A stretch of 64,000 nt of DNA from Candidatus Omnitrophota bacterium (GCA_043826565.1 JBDRPX010000004.1:10232-74231); one strand, 5' to 3'. Numbered from the stretch's first letter, positions 1 through 9,365 are shown. A program made the numbers and translations. The notes: a model not told the origin generated them from the sequence alone.

Positions 1-555
1 AATATCGGCGGCGGACTGGGCATTACTTACAGCGATGAAAGACCGCAGACAGCGCAGGATTATGCCCGGGCAATTATCCCGATATTAAAAGGCCGGAAGC
101 TAAAACTCATTTTAGAACCGGGAAGATTTATTGCCGGTAATGCCGGGATTCTGGTGACTAAGGTTGTTTATGTCAAAGATACTCCGGCAAAGAGGTTCAT
201 TATTGTCGATGCGGCAATGAATGACTTGATCCGGCCTGCGTTTTATGATGCACACCATGATATTTTGCCAGTGAAGGCTGACAAAAAAAGCAGATTAAAA
301 AAAGCGGACGTAGTGGGCGCGATTTGTGAAAGCGGTGATTTTATCGCTAAAGATAGGCGTCTGCCGTGCGATTTAAAGCAAAAAGATTTACTTGCTGTTA
401 TGAGTGCCGGAGCTTATGGTTTTACTATGTCGAGTAACTATAATAGCCGGCGCAGAGCTGCTGAAGTGTTAGTTAAGGGGAATCGGTGTTGGATAATTAC
501 CAAAAGAGAGACCTATGCTGATCTGGTGAAAAATGAGGTTGTGGTTAACTTATAA
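1..555 (+). CDS. lysA: diaminopimelate decarboxylase, C-terminal part (5' end cut by window edge)
   Basis: Frame 1 is open from base 1. The translation (NIGGGLGITY...ICESGDF...) matches the LysA/ODC-fold C-terminal region. The listed ORF 154..555 is the in-frame tail. Confidence 0.8.
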   Translation, partial: NIGGGLGITYSDERPQTAQDYARAIIPILKGRKLKLILEPGRFIAGNAGILVTKVVYVKDTPAKRFIIVDAAMNDLIRPAFYDAHHDILPVKADKKSRLKKADVVGAICESGDFIAKDRRLPCDLKQKDLLAVMSAGAYGFTMSSNYNSRRRAAEVLVKGNRCWIITKRETYADLVKNEVVVNL

Positions 556-558
556 GGA

Positions 559-1449
559 GTGTATATGAAGAAGGCTCTAGTGAAAATAAAGCAGACAAAA
601 AAAGTTAACGTTAAAAAGGCAAAATCTGTCAAACGTAAGGTCATCAGAAAAAGAAAATTTGATTTCACTAAAATGGTTGCTTCCGGCAATGACTTCATTG
701 TTTTTGATAATCGGCGTTCCGGTTTGAAAAACGGAACTGAATTGGCGGCAGCTTTATGTAATAGGGTTGAAGCTATTGGCGCGGATGGGTTGATCTTTAT
801 TGAAAAATCCCGGAAAGCTGATTTTAAAATGCGGATATTTAATCCTGACGGTTCGGAAGCGGAGATGTGCGGTAATGGTATGCGGTGCGCGGCGCTTTAT
901 AAGGGGAAAAAGAGTGCGACGGTGGAAACTTTAGCCGGGATTTTAAAGGCAGAATTAAAAGATGACGCGATTAAAGTTAAAATGACACCGCCTAAAGATA
1001 TGCAGTTAAACATGAATCTTAATATTAATGGGCGGATGTATCCGGTAAATTTTGTTAATACCGGAGTTCCGCATGCGATCTATTTTGTCGAAGACCTGGA
1101 ATTGGCGAAAGTTCTCCTGTTGGGAAGGCTTATTCGTTATCACCGGGAATTTCATCCGGAGGGAACTAATGTTGATTTTGTTTCCATAGTTGATCAAGAG
1201 AATCTGGCAATCCGTACGTATGAGCGCGGGGTAGAAGCGGAAACATTAGCCTGCGGAACCGGTTCGGTTGCCTCGGCTTTGATCCATCACCATAAATTTA
1301 TTAGTACCCCGGGCAGTTTTAAAATTAATATCACGACAAAAAGCGGGGAAGTATTGAAAATATATTTTACTTATACCGGAAGTGAGTATGAGGATGTCTG
1401 GATGGAAGGCCCGGCGAGGGTTGTGTATGAGGGAGAGTGTTATGTTTAG
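559..1449 (+). CDS. dapF: diaminopimelate epimerase
   Basis: GNDF...CGNG motifs and a second active-site Cys region (ACGTGS). It has a Lys-rich N-terminal extension. The RBS AAGGAG lies upstream; the alternative ATG is at 565. Confidence 0.85.
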   Translation: MYMKKALVKIKQTKKVNVKKAKSVKRKVIRKRKFDFTKMVASGNDFIVFDNRRSGLKNGTELAAALCNRVEAIGADGLIFIEKSRKADFKMRIFNPDGSEAEMCGNGMRCAALYKGKKSATVETLAGILKAELKDDAIKVKMTPPKDMQLNMNLNINGRMYPVNFVNTGVPHAIYFVEDLELAKVLLLGRLIRYHREFHPEGTNVDFVSIVDQENLAIRTYERGVEAETLACGTGSVASALIHHHKFISTPGSFKINITTKSGEVLKIYFTYTGSEYEDVWMEGPARVVYEGECYV

Positions 1450-2332
1450 AGGATCAATGGTTGCGATTGTTACACCGTTTAAAGACGGCCGTCTTGATGA
1501 GGATAAACTTAAAGAACTTGTGGAATTTCATATTAAAAACAAAACCAGCGCGATTGTTCCCTGCGGGACAACCGGAGAGTCGGCGACATTGTCATTGGCC
1601 GAACATGAGCGGGTAATTGAACTGGTTGTAAAAACAGCAGGTGGAAAAGTTCCGGTTATTGCCGGTACCGGTTCAAATAATACCACGGAAGCTATTCGTT
1701 TAACTAAACATGCCAAAGAAGCCGGAGCGGATGGGTCTCTGCTGATCACGCCTTATTATAATAAGCCGACACAGCAGGGATTATATTTGCATTTTAAGGA
1801 AATTGCCGATAGTGTGGATATTCCGATTGTTTTATATAATATTGCCGGAAGAACAGCGGTTAATATGCTGCCGGAAACGATTGCCCGGCTGGCTTGTGAT
1901 TGTAAAAATATTATAGCGGTAAAAGAAGCCTCGGGGAATTTAGAGCAAATGGCGAGAATAAAGATGTTGTGCCCTAAGGATTTTGCTTTGATTTCCGGTG
2001 ATGATGCTTTGCTTTTGCCGGTTTTATCGATCGGAGGAATAGGAATTATTTCTGTGCTTGCTAATATCGTACCCCAGGATGTGGCTAAAGTAATTGAGGA
2101 ATTTGAAAAAGGTAATCTTAAAAAAGCGCAGGAAGTATATTACAAATTACTGCCTTTGATCAAAGCTATGTTTGTGGAAACAAACCCGATTCCCGTTAAG
2201 ACAGCAATGGGGCTTTTAGGGATGATAGCGCCGGAACTTCGACTGCCGTTGTGTCCTTTAGCTGAAGAATCTTTAGCTGAACTTAAAGAAGCTCTTCTTG
2301 TGTATGGATTATTGAAAGGGAAGAAAAAATGA
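1442..2332 (+). CDS. dapA: 4-hydroxy-tetrahydrodipicolinate synthase
   Basis: MFRGSMVAIVTPF...CGTTGE is characteristic of DapA. The start is chosen at the internal ATG overlapping the dapF stop, because the N-terminal extension of the longer ORF is non-homologous. Confidence 0.85.
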   Translation: MFRGSMVAIVTPFKDGRLDEDKLKELVEFHIKNKTSAIVPCGTTGESATLSLAEHERVIELVVKTAGGKVPVIAGTGSNNTTEAIRLTKHAKEAGADGSLLITPYYNKPTQQGLYLHFKEIADSVDIPIVLYNIAGRTAVNMLPETIARLACDCKNIIAVKEASGNLEQMARIKMLCPKDFALISGDDALLLPVLSIGGIGIISVLANIVPQDVAKVIEEFEKGNLKKAQEVYYKLLPLIKAMFVETNPIPVKTAMGLLGMIAPELRLPLCPLAEESLAELKEALLVYGLLKGKKK

Positions 2333-3042
2333 TTAGGTTAGGAGTCATCGGTTGCTGCGGAAAAATGGGTAAAAGAATTATGTCATTAGCCCAAGCTGAC
2401 AATATCCTTGAGGTTTGTATTGGACTTGAGATAAAGAATTCACCAACTATTGGTACGGTTCTTTGTGGGATTAAAGTAACCGATGATATTAGCCAAATAA
2501 AGCAGGTTGATGTGATTATCGATTTTACTCCGATGGTGGATAAAAAGGCCTTGCTTGATCTTGCTTGTGAGTATAATAAAGCTGTGGTGATTGGTACAAC
2601 AGGTTTAAACAAAGAGCAGGTTCAGGTAATTGCCGATGCTGCCAAACAGATTGCAATTGTTTATTCGCCAAATATGTCAGTTGGTGTCAATGTTATGTTT
2701 GAACTGGTTAAACAAGCAGCAGCTAAGCTTAAGGATTATAAAGTTAAAATAATTGAAGCGCATCATATTCATAAGAAAGATGCTCCCAGTGGTACTGCAA
2801 AACAATTTGCTCATTTAATTGAGTCTGTGACTAATAAAGCGGTTACAGATATTGAAGCTATTCGTGAGGGTGAAATTGTCGGTGATCACAAGATCATACT
2901 TGAAAGCGATGTGGATACTATCGAATTAAGCCACCATGCAAAAACTAGAGATATTTTTGTTAAAGGAGCTCTGGAAGCCGCCCGATGGGTTGCGGATAAA
3001 CCCGTTGGCTTATATAATATGCAGGATGTGTTGGGGAAATAG
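2329..3042 (+). CDS. dapB: 4-hydroxy-tetrahydrodipicolinate reductase
   Basis: N-terminal Rossmann motif GVIGCCGKMG. The length and the AHHIHKKDAPSGTA region are typical of DapB. ATGA overlap with dapA. Confidence 0.85.
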   Translation: MIRLGVIGCCGKMGKRIMSLAQADNILEVCIGLEIKNSPTIGTVLCGIKVTDDISQIKQVDVIIDFTPMVDKKALLDLACEYNKAVVIGTTGLNKEQVQVIADAAKQIAIVYSPNMSVGVNVMFELVKQAAAKLKDYKVKIIEAHHIHKKDAPSGTAKQFAHLIESVTNKAVTDIEAIREGEIVGDHKIILESDVDTIELSHHAKTRDIFVKGALEAARWVADKPVGLYNMQDVLGK

Positions 3043-3289
3043 TAAAATTAATTCAAAAGTCAAAGACCAAAAGTCAAAAATACAAATCAAAATTAAAAAG
3101 TTAAAAATAATATAACAGAATATATTGACAAAATTGAAAATAATCAAAAGTTGGATTCTATTAATAAGTGAACTGTTTGTTGATGATAGAATGCTTTAAA
3201 AATATTTCTTTAAATAATACAAATATATATTTTTGATTTTTGAATTTTGATTTCACAGTGTTGTGAAGAAAGGAAGGATGATTTAGTAT
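3043..3289. repeat. intergenic quasi-palindrome built from tandem CAAAAGT-like units (left arm) and their complement (right arm)
   Basis: tcaaaagtcaaagaccaaaagtcaaaaatacaaatcaaaatt ... tttttgatttttgaattttgattt. Confidence 0.6.
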
Positions 3290-4450
3290 ATGGAGATTAA
3301 GACCGCGAAGACATTACAGCAATTACCGCCCTATCTTTTTGTCGAAATCGATAAAGCAAAACGCAAGGCCAGACAGGCGGGAAAGGATCTTATAGATTTG
3401 GGTATCGGAGATCCGGATATCCCAACGCCGAAACATATAATCGAAGCATTGTATCGGGCCGCGAAAAACCCTTTAAATCACCGCTATGCCATGGATGCCG
3501 GCATGCCGGCTTTTAGAGAAGAAATTGCCACATGGTATAATAACCGTTTTAAAGTTAAACTTGACCCAATTAATGAAATATTGCCTTTGCTGGGATCGAA
3601 GGAGGGTATTGCCCATACTCCATTCGCGTTTTTAAATAAAAACGATGTTACGCTTGTGCCGGACCCGGGTTATCCGCCGTATAGTAATGCTACTATTTTG
3701 GCCGGAGGTATTCCGTATCGGATGCCTTTACTGCAGGAAAACGATTTTTTGCCGGATTTGAAAAAGATACCGGCTGCGGTATTAAAAAAGGCAAAACTTA
3801 TATTCCTGAATTATCCGAATAATCCGACCGCGGCATTGGCCCCCAAACAGTTTTTACAGGATGTGATTAAATTCGCGAAGAAAAATAAAATCATTATATG
3901 TTTTGATATGGCTTATTCGGAAATGTCCTATGACAATTATCGCGCTCCTTCGATATTAGAATTAAGCGGAGCAAAAGAGGTTGCCGTAGAATTCCATTCT
4001 CTTTCTAAAACGTTTAATATGACCGGCTGGAGAGTGGGCTGGGTTTGTGGAAATAAAGATGTAGTTGCCGCAATAGCCAAGATCAAATCAAATGTGGATT
4101 CCGGGATTTTTCAGGCTGTGCAATTGGCGGGAATTGCCGCGTTGAAATCACCGCGGAGTTTTTATGAAGGAATGTCCAAAATTTATCAACAGAGAAGAGA
4201 TATCCTTGTTACTGGCTTATCAAAGATTGGTTTTGAAGTAAAGGCCCCAAAAGCAACTTTTTATGTTTGGACTAAAATTCCATCCGGGAAAAACTCTATA
4301 GAATTTTCTAATCATTTGATGCAGAATGCGGATATCGTTGTTACTCCCGGAGTAGGTTTTGGAAAGTCCGGAGAAGGATATATAAGGTTCGCGCTTACGC
4401 AAAACAAAACCAGGATAAAGGAAGCTGTTGAGCGTTTGGCTGTTCTATGA
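3290..4450 (+). CDS. dapL: class I/II PLP aminotransferase, probably LL-diaminopimelate aminotransferase (DapL type)
   Basis: Aminotransferase fold with the PLP-lysine context SLSKTFNMTGWRVGW. It sits at the end of the lysA-dapF-dapA-dapB cluster, and no dapD/dapE is seen. Confidence 0.6.
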   Translation: MEIKTAKTLQQLPPYLFVEIDKAKRKARQAGKDLIDLGIGDPDIPTPKHIIEALYRAAKNPLNHRYAMDAGMPAFREEIATWYNNRFKVKLDPINEILPLLGSKEGIAHTPFAFLNKNDVTLVPDPGYPPYSNATILAGGIPYRMPLLQENDFLPDLKKIPAAVLKKAKLIFLNYPNNPTAALAPKQFLQDVIKFAKKNKIIICFDMAYSEMSYDNYRAPSILELSGAKEVAVEFHSLSKTFNMTGWRVGWVCGNKDVVAAIAKIKSNVDSGIFQAVQLAGIAALKSPRSFYEGMSKIYQQRRDILVTGLSKIGFEVKAPKATFYVWTKIPSGKNSIEFSNHLMQNADIVVTPGVGFGKSGEGYIRFALTQNKTRIKEAVERLAVL

Positions 4451-4923
4451 AGCGTTGTTGGCAAAAAACTTATTTAGGCATAGGTTCAAATTTAGGAGAT
4501 AGAAAAAGCAATATTGAACTTGCTCTTTCTCTGCTTTGCGGAGAAAAAGATGTTCGTATCCTGGGGATATCTTCCCTATATGAAACCGAACCTGTCGGAG
4601 GCCCTGATCAGGGAATGTTTTTGAATGGAGCGGTTTGTATTCTTACTGATCTGCATCCGAATAAATTACTGAAAGTTTTAAAAGCAATAGAGTCTGATAT
4701 GGGGAGAAAACTAAATTCTCTTAAATGGAGTCCCCGGATTATAGATTTGGATATACTTTTTTATGGAGATTTGATCTATAAGTGTAGAGATCTTAAGATT
4801 CCCCACCCTTTGATGCATAAAAGAAAGTTTGTATTAATGCCCATGGCTGATCTGTCACCGCTTAAGAAACATCCGATTTTAAAAAAGACAATAAAAAAAA
4901 TGCTCAAGGAGTTTAAATCGTGA
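4447..4923 (+). CDS. folK: 2-amino-4-hydroxy-6-hydroxymethyldihydropteridine pyrophosphokinase (HPPK)
   Basis: The YLGIGSNLGDR and ETEPVGGPDQ motifs are typical of HPPK. Confidence 0.85.
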   Translation: MKRCWQKTYLGIGSNLGDRKSNIELALSLLCGEKDVRILGISSLYETEPVGGPDQGMFLNGAVCILTDLHPNKLLKVLKAIESDMGRKLNSLKWSPRIIDLDILFYGDLIYKCRDLKIPHPLMHKRKFVLMPMADLSPLKKHPILKKTIKKMLKEFKS

Positions 4924-5162
4924 GAAGAATCTACCGGAATAATAATGAGAGAGTGATTGCCGGGATATGTTCGGGGTTGGCTGAGGCATATAAGATTGAT
5001 CCGCTGGTCTTTAGAATGATTTTTGTAAGTACGGGTATTTTTTTCGGGTCCGGAGGCATTATATATGTAATGCTATGGGCTTTATTGCCGAGAAAGAAGG
5101 AAGAACAAAATGAAGTTGATTCGCAGCGTCCTCCGGATGCAGAATCTGAGCAAAAAGCTTAG
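4920..5162 (+). CDS. PspC-domain membrane protein
   Basis: The RIYRNNNERVIAGICSGLAEAY motif followed by one TM helix. GTG start overlapping the folK stop. Confidence 0.6.
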   Translation: MRRIYRNNNERVIAGICSGLAEAYKIDPLVFRMIFVSTGIFFGSGGIIYVMLWALLPRKKEEQNEVDSQRPPDAESEQKA

Positions 5163-5988
5163 ACAAAAGGGGAAAACTATAGGGTTTGTCCCGACTATGG
5201 GATATTTACATCAAGGGCATCTTTCTTTAGTCCGGCAGTCGGTTAAGGATGCTGATGTCACGGTGATGAGCATCTATGTAAACCCTCTGCAGTTTGGGCC
5301 GAAAGAAGATTTTAAGCTGTATCCCCGTGATATTAAAAGTGATATGAAACTTGCCAGGAGTTCCGGAGTAGACTATGTTTTTATTCCTTCTGATCAGGAT
5401 ATGTATGCTGAAAAGTATCTTACGACAGTGGAAGTTAATGAGATCAGCGGACGGATGTGCGGAGCTTCCCGGCCGGGTCATTTTAAAGGAGTTACCACAG
5501 TAGTAAGTAAGCTTTTTAACATTGTTTTGCCGGATATCGCGTATTTTGGTCAAAAAGATGCCCAGCAGGCTGTTATTATAGGGAAAATGGTTAAGGATCT
5601 AAATATGCCGGTCAAGGTAAAAGTCTTGCCGATTATTCGTGAGCCTGATGGTTTGGCCAAAAGTTCCCGTAATATTTATCTGAGCCCGGGGCAGAGGAAG
5701 GACGCGGCAGTATTATTTCAAGCTTTGCAGATCGCCCGCAAAATGATCATTGAGGGAGAGCGGAATCCCGGAAAAGTTATTTTAAGAATGAAAAGATTGA
5801 TTTCTCAGACGGAGTCTGTTACAATAAACTACATTGTAATCGCAGGAGCTGATGATCTGCTGCCGGGAAAAAAGATATCCGGAAGAACATTAATAGCTTT
5901 GGCGGTGTTTATCGGCAAGGTAAGATTGATTGATAATATAGTAATTAAAGTCAAAAGTCAAAAGTCAAAAATCAAAATTACAAGTTAA
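5110..5988 (+). CDS. panC: pantoate--beta-alanine ligase
   Basis: GFVPTMGYLHQGH (HIGH-like) and other PanC-wide conservation. It overlaps the preceding ORF by about 50 nt. Confidence 0.85.
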   Translation: MKLIRSVLRMQNLSKKLRQKGKTIGFVPTMGYLHQGHLSLVRQSVKDADVTVMSIYVNPLQFGPKEDFKLYPRDIKSDMKLARSSGVDYVFIPSDQDMYAEKYLTTVEVNEISGRMCGASRPGHFKGVTTVVSKLFNIVLPDIAYFGQKDAQQAVIIGKMVKDLNMPVKVKVLPIIREPDGLAKSSRNIYLSPGQRKDAAVLFQALQIARKMIIEGERNPGKVILRMKRLISQTESVTINYIVIAGADDLLPGKKISGRTLIALAVFIGKVRLIDNIVIKVKSQKSKIKITS

Positions 5989-6082
5989 AATTCAAAATGA
6001 AAAAGAGAATAGTTTTATAGTTGTTGTTTTTGAGTTGAACTTATGGGTTTTGACTTTTGAATTTTTAATTTTTTGAAGAGGG
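5945..6082. repeat. intergenic quasi-palindrome (gtcaaaagtcaaaagtcaaaaatcaaaatt ... ggttttgacttttgaatttttaatttt)
   Basis: Direct reading of the sequence. It lies between panC and panD. Confidence 0.65.
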
Positions 6083-6091
6083 GTGAAAAGA

Positions 6092-6448
6092 ATGCTACGT
6101 ATAATTTGTAAATCTAAAATCCATAGAGCAACTGTTACTGATGCTAATCTTCAGTATATGGGAAGTATTACTATTGATAAAGATTTACTTGAAGCCGCGG
6201 ATATATATCCTAACGAACGTGTTCAGGTAGTTAATCTGAATAACGGCTCTCGTGTGGAAACCTATGTTATGGAAGGTCCGGCCGGTTCCGGAGTTGTTTG
6301 TATGAACGGTGCCGCAGCTCGCTGGGCACAACCGCAGGATAAAGTTATTATTATAACTTATTGTCTTTTGGATTCCCAAGAAGCTAAGGATCATGCGGCA
6401 AAAATAGTTTTTGTAAATGATGATAATAAGATAACCAAAACTAAGTGA
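6092..6448 (+). CDS. panD: aspartate 1-decarboxylase
   Basis: [16 protein letters not shown]...GSITID matches PanD, including the Gly-Ser self-processing site. The RBS GAGGGG is 8 nt upstream of the ATG at 6092. Confidence 0.85.
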   Translation: MLRIICKSKIHRATVTDANLQYMGSITIDKDLLEAADIYPNERVQVVNLNNGSRVETYVMEGPAGSGVVCMNGAAARWAQPQDKVIIITYCLLDSQEAKDHAAKIVFVNDDNKITKTK

Positions 6449-6457
6449 TGATTTTTT

Positions 6458-7405
6458 ATGAATATAGATAATAGAACTGAAGACGATAAGCGATATATCA
6501 GTGATTTAAAGAAGAAGATTTCTGAACTTAAGAAAAAAAGAAAAGCTGTAATCATTGCGCACAATTATCAGCGTCCGGAAGTACAGCAGGTGGCTGATAT
6601 TACCGGAGATTCTTTGGAATTAAGCCGTGGGGTTACTCAAGTAGACGCGAAAACTGTAATTTTTTGCGGGGTGCATTTTATGGCTGAAACAGCATCTATA
6701 CTTAATCCGAAAAAAAAGATACTTCTCCCGGTAAAGGAATCAGGTTGTCCGATGGCCGATATGATTAATCTCAAAGAGCTGCGAAAGCTGAAAAAAGCGC
6801 ATCCCGGAGTGCCGGTTGTTTGTTATGTGAATTCCTCCGCGGAAGTCAAAGCGGAAAGTGATATTGCCTGTACTTCCAGTAACGCCGTGCAAATAGTCGA
6901 TTCCCTCCCGGAGAAGCAGGTTATTTTTGTTCCGGATAGGAATCTGGGTTCTTATATACAGTCTCAATTACCGCATAAAAAAATTATTCTTTGGGAAGGA
7001 TTTTGCCCGACGCATATGCGTGTTTCTGAGGAAGAAATAATTGAAGCAAAGCGGAAACATAAAAAAGCGAAATTTATTGCTCATCCGGAATGTCCCGGGA
7101 GGCTTTTGAAACACGCGGATTTTATCGGTTCGACAAGCCAGATGCTGCAATATGTAAAAAAGACACCCAGCCAGGAAATTATTGTCGGTACAGAGCTGGG
7201 GATGATCTATCGTTTTAAACAAGAAGCTCCGCATAAGAAATTCTATTGTCCCAGTGAGCATTTTATCTGCGCGGATATGAAATTAACAACTTTGGGATGG
7301 ATCGCGCATAGTTTGGAAAACATGGTTTATGAAGTCAGAGTTAGTGAGAATGTGAGAAAAGGCGCGAAAAAATCTTTGCAGAGAATGCTTTCCGCGCTTA
7401 AGTAA
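6458..7405 (+). CDS. nadA: quinolinate synthase
   Basis: AHNYQRPEVQ...DSL and VHFMAET motifs, plus Cys residues spaced as in NadA. Confidence 0.85.
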   Translation: MNIDNRTEDDKRYISDLKKKISELKKKRKAVIIAHNYQRPEVQQVADITGDSLELSRGVTQVDAKTVIFCGVHFMAETASILNPKKKILLPVKESGCPMADMINLKELRKLKKAHPGVPVVCYVNSSAEVKAESDIACTSSNAVQIVDSLPEKQVIFVPDRNLGSYIQSQLPHKKIILWEGFCPTHMRVSEEEIIEAKRKHKKAKFIAHPECPGRLLKHADFIGSTSQMLQYVKKTPSQEIIVGTELGMIYRFKQEAPHKKFYCPSEHFICADMKLTTLGWIAHSLENMVYEVRVSENVRKGAKKSLQRMLSALK

Positions 7406-7420
7406 AAGAAAGAATAGATA

Positions 7421-8227
7421 ATGATTAAAGTTGGTATTGTCGGATGTGGAACGATTGGTTCATATCTTGCTAAAGAAATTTTAAAACGATATAAAGACAG
7501 TGTCCGTTTAATGGGATTTTGTGAGGTCGATGGAAATAAAGTTGCCAAGCTAAACCGTCTGCTCAGAATAAAACTTAATGTATATTCGCTCGAGGATTTA
7601 ACTGAAAAGTGCGATCTGATTATTGAAGCAGCAGTTGGAGAAATTGCTGTGCAGGTTGTCGAAAGCGCGCTTAAGTTTAATAAAGATGTTATGATCATGA
7701 GTGTCGGAGGGTTGCTTAAAGAACCGCAATTATTTAAAAAAGTTAAAAAAAGTAAAATAAAGCTATATATCCCCAGTGGTGCTATTGCGGGACTAGATGC
7801 GCTAAAAGCCGCAGGGATGAGCAAAATAAAAAGTGTTTCGCTGACAACAAAGAAACCGCTGGCAGGTTTGGCTGGCGCGGATTATATCAAAAAGAATAAA
7901 ATTGATTTAAATAAAATCAAAACAGAGAAAGTAATCTTTGAAGGAACTGCGTTTGATGCGGTAGCTGGTTTTCCCAAAAATATAAATGTTGCCGCAGTTT
8001 TAAGCTTAGCCGGGATTGGCGCGAAGAAGACAAGGATTTGTATCATTGCCTCCCGCCAAATAAAAAGAAATACACATACTATTGCAATTGAGGGAGATTT
8101 TGGTAAAATAATATGTTGCACGGAGAACGTGCCGTCAAAGGTAAATCCAAAGACAAGTCAGCTGGCAGTATTGTCTGCGTTGGCAGCATTAGACGGGATC
8201 ATTGATAATATACGAATAGGCAACTAA
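7421..8227 (+). CDS. nadX: L-aspartate dehydrogenase-like NAD(P)-binding protein
   Basis: N-terminal GIVGCGTIGS Rossmann motif and ~268 aa length. Sitting directly downstream of nadA fits a NadX-type substitute for NadB. Confidence 0.65.
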   Translation: MIKVGIVGCGTIGSYLAKEILKRYKDSVRLMGFCEVDGNKVAKLNRLLRIKLNVYSLEDLTEKCDLIIEAAVGEIAVQVVESALKFNKDVMIMSVGGLLKEPQLFKKVKKSKIKLYIPSGAIAGLDALKAAGMSKIKSVSLTTKKPLAGLAGADYIKKNKIDLNKIKTEKVIFEGTAFDAVAGFPKNINVAAVLSLAGIGAKKTRICIIASRQIKRNTHTIAIEGDFGKIICCTENVPSKVNPKTSQLAVLSALAALDGIIDNIRIGN

Positions 8228-8239
8228 AGCTTAAGGAGT

Positions 8240-8443
8240 TTGGTTATGGGTTGTCCGAATATCGAAACAAATATACAAATGTGTAATTGCAGTTATGTTC
8301 CTTGTTCACGCAAAGGAAGATGCTGTGAATGTTTGCATTATCACCGGATGAGAAAAGAGCTTCCCGCGTGTTATTTTAGTAGTAAAACTGAGAGTACATA
8401 CGACCGTTCGATTGAAAACCTCATAAAAGATACGCAGCAGTAA
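8240..8443 (+). CDS. small cysteine-rich protein (9 Cys in 67 aa), function unknown
   Basis: CPN...[20 protein letters not shown]...PACYF. It resembles a conserved small uncharacterised bacterial Cys-rich family, but the family name is recalled rather than verified. Confidence 0.45.
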   Translation: MVMGCPNIETNIQMCNCSYVPCSRKGRCCECLHYHRMRKELPACYFSSKTESTYDRSIENLIKDTQQ

Positions 8444-8481
8444 GGTTGTTAAAAATACAATTTCGGGAGGGAGGTGACAAA

Positions 8482-8715
8482 ATGGCAGATAAGGTTACGA
8501 AAGCTGGAGTAAAAAGAGAAAAAGGTTATCTTTATTATTTAGACAAGCAGGGTGATGTTTCCAGAGCAAAGATGGCTAGAGGCGGTAAAAAAGGCGGCAA
8601 GCCGGAAAAAGTAGTTAAAGCTGGAGTAAAAAGAGAAGATGGGTTTCTTTATTTTATCGATAAAGAAGGAGACATCTCCAGAGCAAAGATGGCTAGACGT
8701 AAAAAGAAAAAATAA
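8482..8715 (+). CDS. small basic protein made of two tandem ~33-aa repeats
   Basis: KAGVKREKGYLYYLDKQGDVSRAKMARGGKK is repeated as KAGVKREDGFLYFIDKEGDISRAKMARRKK. A strong RBS (GGGAGGGAGG) lies before the ATG at 8482. Confidence 0.5.
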   Translation: MADKVTKAGVKREKGYLYYLDKQGDVSRAKMARGGKKGGKPEKVVKAGVKREDGFLYFIDKEGDISRAKMARRKKKK

Positions 8716-8742
8716 GGTAATTTCTGTTAAATAAATATTATT

Positions 8743-8844
8743 GGCCCCTGTGAAGATCTCTTTACGGGGGCTCAATAGTCATTATAAATATATTATAAAG
8801 CAGTAAAATTTTTTATTTGTAGGGGCGGACCCCTGTGTCCGCCC
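8743..8844. other. two GC-rich hairpins sharing the motif CCCCTGTG
   Basis: 8743-8773 (GGCCCCTGTGAAG...CTTTACGGGGGC) and 8823-8844 (GGGCGGAC CCCTGT GTCCGCCC, perfect 8-bp stem). No downstream T-run, so they are not canonical terminators. Confidence 0.4.
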
Positions 8845-8944
8845 AATACTTAAAAATATATTAGGAATATTATTGATGGATTTTTCTGGTTACTGGAAAC
8901 CGGTAACTGGTTTCTTTAAAAAGAGGTGAAAGGAGTAGTTTGTT

Positions 8945-9262
8945 ATGACAGACGATGTAAAACAGGACGCCCACCCTGAGGAAAAACAGGAAGAAGTAAA
9001 AGAAGAAGTAAAAGAAGAAGTAACACCGGAGGTAACTCCGGAAGCAGTGCCGGAAGCGGCAGTGGAAGCGAAAGATAAAAAACCTCCCAAGGTTGAAATA
9101 CCTAAAAATTGCGGTGCATGCAAGAAACCTATTGAAAAAATCAGGTATTATCGCAATATGCAGTTTTTCTGTAATGTGAAGTGCTGGAAAACGTTTAAGA
9201 AAAAGAAGGAATTAGAAAAGAAAAAAGCAGAAGAAGAAAAACAGCAGGAAAAAACAGCTTAA
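8945..9262 (+). CDS. acidic/Lys-rich protein with a TRASH/FCS-like zinc ribbon (C-x2-C-x18-C-x3-C)
   Basis: CGACKKPIEKIRYYRNMQFFCNVKC, flanked by EEVKEEVKEEV and KKKELEKKK low-complexity tails. Confidence 0.45.
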   Translation: MTDDVKQDAHPEEKQEEVKEEVKEEVTPEVTPEAVPEAAVEAKDKKPPKVEIPKNCGACKKPIEKIRYYRNMQFFCNVKCWKTFKKKKELEKKKAEEEKQQEKTA

Positions 9263-9365
9263 GAATAGACTAGAGACAGCAGACTAAAGACCAAAAATAA
9301 AAGAAGTCCATAGCTGATAGTCCATGGTCCATAGTCGAATCATTTGGAATCTGGGATGAAATAAT
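9263..9365. repeat. intergenic repeat block of GTCCATAG-like units
   Basis: gtccatagctgatagtccatggtccatagtcg. Confidence 0.5.

Noticed and set aside
8743-8844. Rho-independent terminator after the small duplicated protein
   Set aside because: Both GC hairpins lack a following U-run. They are kept as unexplained structured elements rather than called terminators.
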